In this document: one piece after another, positions 1-6,582 of the stretch
Layout of the letters: each line of letters begins with the position of its first letter
Position numbering within the stretch: the first letter of the stretch is position 1
Virus record (IMG/VR): IMGVR_UViG_3300049050_000056
Location: 1-25,379 of that record
Source: a virus
Lineage: Duplodnaviria > Caudoviricetes
DNA: 25,379 nucleotides
Reading direction: 5' to 3' (one strand)
Position numbers and translations under genes: made by a program
Notes under the pieces: model-generated
Told to the model about the DNA's origin: nothing
The model's database searches: none
What the model saw: the letters and a program-made list of their open reading frames with translations, nothing else

Positions 1-138
1 ATTAATATTTGTAGTCAAATCTTCAATAAGATTCATGGCCTCAGCTAGACGATATTCTAGCTCTTCTCGGCTCAGTTTGGAAAGAGGTTGTGAAACTCCG
101 TGAAAATCATAACTCAAATAATCACCGGACTCAAACAT
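1..138 (-). CDS. hypothetical protein, runs off the left edge (MFESGDYLSYDFHGVSQPLSKLSREELEYRLAEAM...)
   Basis: Read by hand: AGGAGA RBS, ATG at 138, open to position 1; not in the ORF track. Confidence 0.75.
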   Translation of the reverse strand, partial: MFESGDYLSYDFHGVSQPLSKLSREELEYRLAEAMNLIEDLTTNIN

Positions 139-140
139 TT

Positions 141-320
141 TTATTCTCCTGTTGTGTATTCTACAGATTTAATCCCACCATGCAATTTTATCATTTGCCT
201 ACAAACAATACAAGGCATTGCATCTGCTGGGGTTCCATCTGATAATACACGAGCGACATAAAGTTTACAACCCCTTCCTTTACTCTTAATCAGTGCAGCA
301 CTTTCTGTGCATCCTTCCAT
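141..320 (-). pseudogene. orphaned 3' half of a cytidine/dCMP deaminase-like gene (MEGCTESAALIKSKGRGCKLYVARVLSDGTPADAMPCIVCRQMIKLHGGIKSVEYTTGE)
   Basis: Hand translation; 27 of 53 residues identical to the C-terminal half of the 985-1347 protein, including AAL.K, ARV, PCxVC and IKSVEYT; lacks the HxE His and the N-terminal half. Confidence 0.85.
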
Positions 321-988
321 TTTTTGACTTTCTCATTTCTCTTTTTAATTTTTTCTAGTTGGTCTTCTGTTAGGGTCAACTCTCCTGATTCATATTTCTT
401 TCGAAAAGAAATTGCATCTTCAATATTATCAAATCTTCCAATTTCCAAGCCCCTAAAACGTACTAAAAATTTTCTACCAACTTTATTAATTCCTTTTACC
501 CCCAGTTTATTATCTTTTCTAACTCTTGTATTTGTATTTTGTTCAGAAATGTCTGACCATTTACAATTTTCTTTAGAATAATTTGCATTGACGTCAATTC
601 TATCTAATGTTTTTCCTTCGGGCCTTCGCCCCATATCAGCAAAGAAATTTTCGAAATTCTCCCATTCAATAGGGTAGGAAATCCCTCTTCCTCCGTATAA
701 ATGGTAGTGGCTGTTTTTAGGGTTATTGCATCTTTCTTTCATAGCTCGCCAACTGTTATATTCAGGACTATCCGACATACCATGTTTAGTGTTTCTTAAT
801 CCAAACAATTCACTTGCTAAACAACCACAAGATGTAGTTAAACCTCTTCTCAGACTTCCCATATAAATTTCTTTTTCTTTACCACAATCGCACTTGCAAA
901 GAAAATATCTTTTCCACTTACTGCGAGTTTCGCCCTCTGCTATTACTAGCAACTTACCAAATCTTTCCCCAATTAAGTCTAATTTCAT
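290..988 (-). CDS. free-standing HNH homing endonuclease with probable C-terminal AP2-like DNA-binding region
   Basis: Motifs GxRFGKL, CKCDCG, SCGC, SWRAMKERC, YGGRGI, TLDRIDVNxNYxKENCKW typical of phage HNH HEGs; ATGA overlap with the deaminase stop. Confidence 0.88.
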   Translation of the reverse strand: MKLDLIGERFGKLLVIAEGETRSKWKRYFLCKCDCGKEKEIYMGSLRRGLTTSCGCLASELFGLRNTKHGMSDSPEYNSWRAMKERCNNPKNSHYHLYGGRGISYPIEWENFENFFADMGRRPEGKTLDRIDVNANYSKENCKWSDISEQNTNTRVRKDNKLGVKGINKVGRKFLVRFRGLEIGRFDNIEDAISFRKKYESGELTLTEDQLEKIKKRNEKVKKWKDAQKVLH

Positions 989-1146
989 AAAGTATACTCC
1001 ACACTTTTAATATTTTCATAAGATTTTAAAACTTCCTTACAAACACTGCAAGGTTCACTATATACGGGATTGCCCTTGGCGTCCACCCTTGCAATGGTTA
1101 GTTTAACTCCAATACGTTTTTTATCTTTAACCAAAGCAGCAACTTC
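306..1146 (-). mobile_element. putative homing cassette: replacement deaminase 3' end plus HNH gene (boundaries approximate)
   Basis: Bounded by the two copies of the deaminase catalytic Glu codon (1144-1146 and 303-305); the imported part may extend further upstream. Confidence 0.6.
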
Positions 1147-1347
1147 ACTATGTAGGTAGTCCTTAACCAAACCCACTTTTCTACTTGCCCGATACATAAC
1201 AGGGTGTGTTGTGCAATAAGAATTTGCACTCTCAGATACAATCCTTCCTCTTTTGTCTGTAATCACAGAATAGAGTCTATATTGTCCTTTTATGTAAGGG
1301 ATTTCTTTTGCTTTTTCAATACAATAATCAATCAAGCTCATATCCAA
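985..1347 (-). CDS. zinc-dependent cytidine/deoxycytidylate deaminase-fold protein
   Basis: HSE...PCSVC zinc/catalytic motif, preceded by G.IVS...NSY. Confidence 0.82.
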   Translation of the reverse strand: MDMSLIDYCIEKAKEIPYIKGQYRLYSVITDKRGRIVSESANSYCTTHPVMYRASRKVGLVKDYLHSEVAALVKDKKRIGVKLTIARVDAKGNPVYSEPCSVCKEVLKSYENIKSVEYTL

Positions 1348-1573
1348 GCTCTTTTAGTCTCAAATCGTGAATTTTAGCTATCAATTTATTGTAATTATAA
1401 AATTCTTTTTCTGAAATTTCTTTTGTTTTGAAATGAGCCCAAGGAGTTGCGGTGGAAGCTTTACCATACGTATACCCAACCATATAATCACTATCTGCAT
1501 TTACAATATTCATAGCCAACTCATGAAAATAGCTGTAAAGCAGATTTGAATTTTTATGAAGCATTTTATTCAC
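1328..1573 (-). CDS. hypothetical protein
   Basis: 81-aa ORF overlapping both neighbours in a tightly packed minus-strand run. Confidence 0.7.
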   Translation of the reverse strand: MNKMLHKNSNLLYSYFHELAMNIVNADSDYMVGYTYGKASTATPWAHFKTKEISEKEFYNYNKLIAKIHDLRLKELGYELD

Positions 1574-1769
1574 CTTTCAACATATATTGAATATATACTT
1601 CTTGCATGGTTTTGTACTTTTCTTGAAGTACAGTTTCAACATTTGGTTTATAATCAAAAGGAACTCTGAAAAGAAAATCTCCAATATCTTCTACAACAAT
1701 ATCATTCTCAATGACCCACTGAGATGTACTTTCTCTATAAAACAATTTTGTCTTATGAATAATTTCCAT
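1566..1769 (-). CDS. hypothetical protein (start revised to ATG 1769, MEIIHKTKLF...)
   Basis: GGAGAG RBS just upstream of ATG 1769; avoids overlap with the 1771-1944 ORF. Confidence 0.7.
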   Translation of the reverse strand: MEIIHKTKLFYRESTSQWVIENDIVVEDIGDFLFRVPFDYKPNVETVLQEKYKTMQEVYIQYMLKGE

Positions 1770-1770
1770 C

Positions 1771-1944
1771 TTACTCTCCAAATTCTTTTTCAAGCAATTT
1801 AATAAGATTTCCAAGCTGTCGAGCACATGCTACAACAATATTAGAGGTTGTGTCAACACAAATCCAATCATCGTTGTTATCTTTTTTGAAGGAATAGCCA
1901 GCTTCGATAAATTCTTTTTGAATATTAGCGGAATATGTTTGCAT
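1771..1944 (-). CDS. small hypothetical protein, 57 aa (MQTYSANIQKEFIEAGYSFKKDNNDDWICVDTTSNIVVACARQLGNLIKLLEKEFGE)
   Basis: Hand translation; ATG directly follows the upstream TAA and the ORF fills the gap exactly; below the track cutoff. Confidence 0.7.
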   Translation of the reverse strand: MQTYSANIQKEFIEAGYSFKKDNNDDWICVDTTSNIVVACARQLGNLIKLLEKEFGE

Positions 1945-2136
1945 TTAGTGTCCCAAATGAAGCTCTTTGTCTTTTTTAATAAAAGTCCAATGATTTATAT
2001 CATTAGGATTGAAAATTTCATAAGACACGGTTTCGAAATATTCCCCACCCCAAAATTCATTTTTACCAATAGTAATTACAATTTCTGTATCTTCTGGAAA
2101 CTGTTCAAGCCATTCTTTAAAATCTACAATATTCAT
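1945..2136 (-). CDS. hypothetical protein
   Basis: 63-aa acidic ORF abutting neighbours; FKEWLEQFPED start typical of small phage proteins. Confidence 0.72.
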   Translation of the reverse strand: MNIVDFKEWLEQFPEDTEIVITIGKNEFWGGEYFETVSYEIFNPNDINHWTFIKKDKELHLGH

Positions 2137-2138
2137 TT

Positions 2139-2324
2139 TTAGTTCCCATTCAAGGCAATTTCATTGATAATTGTTTGCAACTCTTCATTTTCTTCTTCAA
2201 GCCTTTTGATCTTCATTTTAAGAATTTCATTCTCTTGTGTCAAGAGTTTCAAATTTTCTTTATCGGAATAAATCACATCTAATTCACAACGCATTTTTGG
2301 TGCTGTAGGAGGAAGACATTTCAT
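2139..2324 (-). CDS. hypothetical coiled-coil protein
   Basis: GGAGG RBS; heptad-like ENEILKMKIKRLEEENEEL. Confidence 0.7.
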   Translation of the reverse strand: MKCLPPTAPKMRCELDVIYSDKENLKLLTQENEILKMKIKRLEEENEELQTIINEIALNGN

Positions 2325-2329
2325 CGTTA

Positions 2330-2521
2330 TTATTTCCTCCAGTCATTTTTCAGACAAACATATTTATTATTTACATCTTTTACAATCACACCATTGTACT
2401 GTTTACATTGTTCGGATACGCTTTTGTATCCTTTTACATCAATTTTCCAACACATAACCAGAATACCTAGACAAATAATAATTGTCAAAATCATTACAAT
2501 TTCAAAGCTATCTAATTTCAT
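2330..2521 (-). CDS. small single-pass membrane protein (start revised to ATG 2521)
   Basis: Hydrophobic stretch IVMILTIIICLGILVMCW; ATGA overlap with the upstream stop. Confidence 0.7.
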   Translation of the reverse strand: MKLDSFEIVMILTIIICLGILVMCWKIDVKGYKSVSEQCKQYNGVIVKDVNNKYVCLKNDWRK

Positions 2522-2751
2522 TTTTCTTTTTCCCGTAGTTCTTTCCATTGTACAGAAGCTTTACTTGGTACAGCCCAATCTTGAGGATGAACACTTTCTG
2601 AAAAAGCTACATCGATTTCAAGCGTACCATTTGAGACATTCAAGCGAGGAACGCCGTATTGAACGTCCCCAATAAAAGGATGCTGTTCGTGAACAAATTT
2701 CCAAAAATCAACAAGATCAATCTCAATAACACCTTCACCATACATAGACAT
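2518..2751 (-). CDS. hypothetical protein
   Basis: AGGAGA RBS, 77-aa ORF. Confidence 0.75.
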   Translation of the reverse strand: MSMYGEGVIEIDLVDFWKFVHEQHPFIGDVQYGVPRLNVSNGTLEIDVAFSESVHPQDWAVPSKASVQWKELREKEK

Positions 2752-2761
2752 TATGTTTCTC

Positions 2762-3259
2762 CTATTTCACCCACTCCGGTTTATTGCGTTTAGTCCATTC
2801 TACAGCAAGAGGCTTATCCCTGCAACCCCATTCCTTAAATTTATCATTTAGATAGGCTTGATATGCCTTTGTTTGGTCAAAAATACCTAGTTTTTTGTAG
2901 TTCTCAGGCATTGCCATAGTAAATGGTATCCTGTCACCAAAAGCGATTTTAGAGGGCATTTTCCCTAGTAATTCTAACAATTCCGACGTCTTGTGAATCT
3001 TACCAGTACGAAAGCTGTATTCATCACACAAAGCCTTGAAATGTTCATAAGCCCATTTGTAATTACCTGAACACTGACGAATCCAAATAGAGCAAGGATG
3101 GTTACGATGCGTTGGCTTATAGCCTACAATATTCCCATCAAGCTCGAAATGAGCTGTAGAGAGCATCTGTGCGAGTTCAAGAATCATTTTCACGTTATGG
3201 CGATTGCAGTGGTCTTGAGCAGATTTTATAGGGCATTCACTAGTGGCAAAGATATTCAC
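2762..3259 (-). CDS. pyrimidine-dimer DNA glycosylase (DenV/Pyr_excise)-like family protein
   Basis: MNIF...A..HC.RH.VKMILELAQMLSTAH, YKPTH.NHPCSIW and EYSFRTGKIH motifs; GAGGA RBS, GTG start; activity unproven. Confidence 0.65.
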   Translation of the reverse strand: MNIFATSECPIKSAQDHCNRHNVKMILELAQMLSTAHFELDGNIVGYKPTHRNHPCSIWIRQCSGNYKWAYEHFKALCDEYSFRTGKIHKTSELLELLGKMPSKIAFGDRIPFTMAMPENYKKLGIFDQTKAYQAYLNDKFKEWGCRDKPLAVEWTKRNKPEWVK

Positions 3260-3277
3260 AAGAAATTCCTCAGATTG

Positions 3278-3706
3278 TCAAAACTGTTCAAATTCTACAT
3301 CGTCACAATCATTCCTGTCAATGTAAACATTACTCACTTCTGAACTCTTTTTAAATTCTTCAAGAATGCTTTGAAGAATTTCTTCACTTTTACCCCAATG
3401 ACCAAGACTAATCCAAATGCATTTTTCTCCTTCAATTTCAGGATAGTTTTGAAGATCACAGTCACAATCGAAAGTAACAAACATTTGCCTATCTTCATTC
3501 TCGTATTTGAAGAAGATTTTCATTGCATGACAACTATATGCAAGTTCTATAGTTGGAAAAGTGGAAAACCCTCTTTCCCGCATTTCATACCAACCTGAAA
3601 TATTCTTCCACTCTAGAACATTTTTCCACCAACTTTCAAAAACATCTTTGAAAAAGAATGCATTTTTGTTGTCAGTTACAATACAACCTTTAGTGCAAAC
3701 ACTCAT
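3278..3706 (-). CDS. hypothetical protein
   Basis: AAGGAG RBS, 142-aa ORF, first gene of the leftward block. Confidence 0.8.
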   Translation of the reverse strand: MSVCTKGCIVTDNKNAFFFKDVFESWWKNVLEWKNISGWYEMRERGFSTFPTIELAYSCHAMKIFFKYENEDRQMFVTFDCDCDLQNYPEIEGEKCIWISLGHWGKSEEILQSILEEFKKSSEVSNVYIDRNDCDDVEFEQF

Positions 3707-3750
3707 TTCGTTTCTCCTTTGTAGATTTAATCATGTTCTATATCTACTAA

Positions 3751-3892
3751 TATTCCCCTTGGTGAACAAATTCTAGGTAGCAATCTCCCTAACCCATCCA
3801 TACGCACTAATGCGCCTAGAACAGACTATAGATTACCCTTCAGAATCTGTCAACAAGAGAATTTATTCCCCTCGGAGCCACAATATTCCCCT
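3751..3892. repeat. three copies of TATTCCCCT (3751, 3864, 3884)
   Basis: Exact 9-mer three times within 145 nt of non-coding DNA. Confidence 0.8.
3825..3853 (-). promoter_or_regulatory. sigma70-type promoter, leftward
   Basis: TTGACA-N17-TATAGT on the minus strand. Confidence 0.8.
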
Positions 3893-4116
3893 CATTCATG
3901 AGGCACACCAATCGAAGGTGCGAGGTAGAAAATAGCTTGCATTGTACTATTTTCCGTGGTAGCTTTCCTCCCAATAGCTGGAGTCCTAGCCGTGTGCTAC
4001 CAACCTTTACAGGCAATCTCTCACGTTGAGCCATGCTTTGATTCAGCTCTTTAAGGATAGGACGAACAGGTTTACCCACAATTTCCTATCCCGAGAATGT
4101 AAACAAGACATTCATT
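3852..4116 (-). ncRNA. candidate structured non-coding RNA or long structured leader; family unknown
   Basis: Follows the 4123-4150 promoter; about 46% G+C by hand count (3861-4110); 8-9 consecutive hairpins; G-U pairs work only on the minus strand. Confidence 0.55.
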
Positions 4117-4122
4117 GGCAAC

Positions 4123-4150
4123 ATTGTACCACATTTTATCTATTTGTCAA
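4123..4150 (-). promoter_or_regulatory. sigma70-type promoter, leftward, extended -10
   Basis: TTGACA-N16-TACAAT with TGn before the -10. Confidence 0.8.
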
Positions 4151-4175
4151 CAAGCTGTGATAGAAATATTTTCTG

Positions 4176-4203
4176 TTGACAAGCTGAAATTTTGCTGTAT
4201 GAT
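4176..4203 (+). promoter_or_regulatory. sigma70-type promoter, rightward
   Basis: TTGACA-N16-TATGAT, back to back with the leftward promoter, upstream of the first plus-strand gene. Confidence 0.75.
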
Positions 4204-4238
4204 AGGATGTATCAACTCAACAAAACGAGGAAATTAAA

Positions 4239-4646
4239 ATGCCTGTTATTGATGACCATCAAATGCAACCTAAATTTAATCATATTCGTAAAGCTGTCGA
4301 AGAATATTGCGAATATCAAGCAGATAATTCTATTATGTATGACGGCTCTTTTCGATGGGATTTTTACAAAATGCCTAGAAAAATTGTAGCAGCTGCTAAT
4401 TGGTACAACGGGCTTCTTCTGGTTGGTGCTAGACACTGGGATAGTTTGATGCATCAACAAGCGGATGTTTTTGGAGGAATTGATTTAATTAGGGATTGGT
4501 CGAATGGAGAGGAAACTCAAGGATTCATTACTCAATATGGACAGTTCTTGACTCGTGAAGAAGCTATGATTGTTGCTATTGAATCTGGTCAAATCACTGA
4601 AGGTAAGTATTCCGATAAAAAACTTTTTTCTGAGGATTTGTATTAA
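4239..4646 (+). CDS. conserved phage hypothetical protein
   Basis: GAGG RBS; IVAAAN...GARH...QGFI.QYGQFLTREEA...LFSEDLY pattern recognised from many phages. Confidence 0.8.
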   Translation: MPVIDDHQMQPKFNHIRKAVEEYCEYQADNSIMYDGSFRWDFYKMPRKIVAAANWYNGLLLVGARHWDSLMHQQADVFGGIDLIRDWSNGEETQGFITQYGQFLTREEAMIVAIESGQITEGKYSDKKLFSEDLY

Positions 4647-4648
4647 AA

Positions 4649-4864
4649 ATGAATAACGAAATTCATAAAGAACTAGATTATATCATCAAAGAATTCAATA
4701 ACGCGAAAATTGTTCGTCTAAAAGAAGGCTCAGAATTTCATATTTGTTCTTATAAGATAGGTAAAGAAGATTGCATTACAATCTTTGAAGATTATGGTGG
4801 AGATGATTGGTCCGGAGTGAATGTTTATGGTAAATCATTGAAAGAGCTTTACAAAAACCCTTAA
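4649..4864 (+). CDS. hypothetical protein
   Basis: 71-aa ORF abutting the upstream gene. Confidence 0.7.
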   Translation: MNNEIHKELDYIIKEFNNAKIVRLKEGSEFHICSYKIGKEDCITIFEDYGGDDWSGVNVYGKSLKELYKNP

Positions 4865-4885
4865 AGAAATCTACGGAGAATAATT

Positions 4886-6007
4886 ATGCAACATAAATCA
4901 GAACTAATTAAGCTGAAAAAACTTATTTCCAATAATGTTTATGATCTTCTGAAAGAATCTAATGCTATTATTGCAGGTGGAGCCATCACTTCTCTTTTCT
5001 GCAATCGTGAAGTGAACGACGTTGACGTTTATTTCCGAAGTGTTAATGATTTCCAATTGTTCATTGAACTTCTAGAGCATGAATACGAATATTCTCTCTT
5101 TGGGCATAATATTACAAACAAATCTGTTCTTTTCCGCGATAATGGAACTGGACAGGATGTGCAAGTAATTGTGTATAAATTCTTCCCAACTGTAGAAGAA
5201 ATTTTCAATGACTTTGATTTCACTTGTAATATGGGAGCTTTTGAATTCTCAACTGGAGAATTCATTTTCCATGACAATTTCATGAAACATAACAGTCAAA
5301 AATATCTAGAGTTTAACGAGAAAACAGCTTATCCTATTATCTCTGCCATTCGTGTTCAGAAATATACAGATAAAGGCTATAAAATCTCTAAACCACGATT
5401 TCTTAAAATCATGCTCACTATTGCTGGGGTTGGAATCGATAGTTGGGAAAAGCTTAAAGATCATGTTGGTGGAATGTATGGTTTGAATCTGGATAAGATT
5501 TTTCCAGAGTCTGAAGAGTTTTCACTAGAAAAAGCTATTTCAATTTTACATGAAATTGAAGCATCCGCCGTAGATTATCCAGAAAACAATTTTACTTTTG
5601 ACAAACTTTATGATATTTCTGCTCTATATGGTAAAGAGGCAGATGATCGGATTGTTTCTGACAATATTTTCTTTAAGAATGTGGAAAGAACCAATCAAGA
5701 AGGGATTTATCAATCTTCATATGACAATGATTTTAAATATGTGGTTGGTCAATTTGTGAACGGCGGTAAGAGAGGGATTTATGCTTGTTATGGACACGAT
5801 GTTGTTTCTGCTATCTACAATGAAAATGATTGCATTCTTGAGCTTGAATGCAAAGACATTCCACCCGAGCATCAATTGTATAAATCTCAATATCAATTGA
5901 TGGGTGATGTTAAAGTGGTAAATTCATACACTAAATCAGAATTCATCCGTAAGTTTAAAAGAGGATCAAATGAAAAATCCAGTGAAGAAAAATATGGACT
6001 ATTTTAA
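4886..6007 (+). CDS. Pol-beta-superfamily nucleotidyltransferase (CCA-adding/poly(A) polymerase head-like)
   Basis: IAGGAI...NDVDVYF (GG + DxD) and FDFTCN motifs; GGAG RBS. Confidence 0.75.
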   Translation: MQHKSELIKLKKLISNNVYDLLKESNAIIAGGAITSLFCNREVNDVDVYFRSVNDFQLFIELLEHEYEYSLFGHNITNKSVLFRDNGTGQDVQVIVYKFFPTVEEIFNDFDFTCNMGAFEFSTGEFIFHDNFMKHNSQKYLEFNEKTAYPIISAIRVQKYTDKGYKISKPRFLKIMLTIAGVGIDSWEKLKDHVGGMYGLNLDKIFPESEEFSLEKAISILHEIEASAVDYPENNFTFDKLYDISALYGKEADDRIVSDNIFFKNVERTNQEGIYQSSYDNDFKYVVGQFVNGGKRGIYACYGHDVVSAIYNENDCILELECKDIPPEHQLYKSQYQLMGDVKVVNSYTKSEFIRKFKRGSNEKSSEEKYGLF

Positions 6008-6164
6008 CAAGCCATCTGTTATTGAGCATTCATACGAAAAAGAATATTTGAAATTGCTTGATAAAGAAAACAAGAAATATTCTCTTCTTGACAGAGATGA
6101 ATATTTGTATGATAATGGATGTGATGACAACGACATTGGGTGTTCTACAATTTCTATTGATTAG
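5970..6164 (+). CDS. hypothetical protein
   Basis: GAGGA RBS inside the upstream gene; 64 aa. Confidence 0.65.
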   Translation: MKNPVKKNMDYFNKPSVIEHSYEKEYLKLLDKENKKYSLLDRDEYLYDNGCDDNDIGCSTISID

Positions 6165-6175
6165 GAGAATTTTAA

Positions 6176-6370
6176 ATGAATTCTAAATTATCTAGAACTT
6201 TACCACCTGCTCTGGAATTTGATTGGGAAGTGTTAAACAATAAAACACTTATGATTCGTGTTCAGAGTTCAATTGAAGATGATTGGAAAACAACTGTTGT
6301 TATGGCATTTGATACAAAAACAAATCATGCCTATGTAATTGCAAATAAACAAGAGAGAATTAAAAGATGA
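6176..6370 (+). CDS. hypothetical protein
   Basis: AGGAGA RBS; 64 aa. Confidence 0.75.
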   Translation: MNSKLSRTLPPALEFDWEVLNNKTLMIRVQSSIEDDWKTTVVMAFDTKTNHAYVIANKQERIKR

Positions 6371-6582
6371 AATTTAAAATGAAAAAAGTTAAGGGAATGC
6401 CAAAATCTGGTCAATTCATTGGTGTTTGGTGTTATAACGGAGTTATTTGGTCTGACACATATAAATGGGAAGGTAGGTTTCTAAAAGAATATAACAATCA
6501 GGAAGATGATTGGGTTCATGCAAAAGATTTTGCAGGAGAGGTTGAAGTTAATTGGTTTATCATGGTTGTTGATGAGGATTAA
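6367..6582 (+). CDS. hypothetical protein
   Basis: ATGA overlap with the upstream gene; abuts the primase start. Confidence 0.72.
   Translation: MKFKMKKVKGMPKSGQFIGVWCYNGVIWSDTYKWEGRFLKEYNNQEDDWVHAKDFAGEVEVNWFIMVVDED

Noticed and set aside
1827-1856. Minus-strand TTGACA-N18-TAGCAT promoter-like match
   Set aside because: Lies inside the 1771-1944 ORF with a long spacer and weak -10; may be chance
3890-4002. tRNA gene suggested by the UUCGAUU loop
   Set aside because: No acceptor stem, D-arm or CCA at canonical spacing, and the loop is closed by C-G rather than G-C
3840-4079. 79-aa minus-strand ORF in the promoter region
   Set aside because: Its AGGA SD is buried in an 8-bp stem, composition and G+C differ from neighbouring genes, and it runs into the next promoter; the RNA-structure reading fits better, though coding is not excluded
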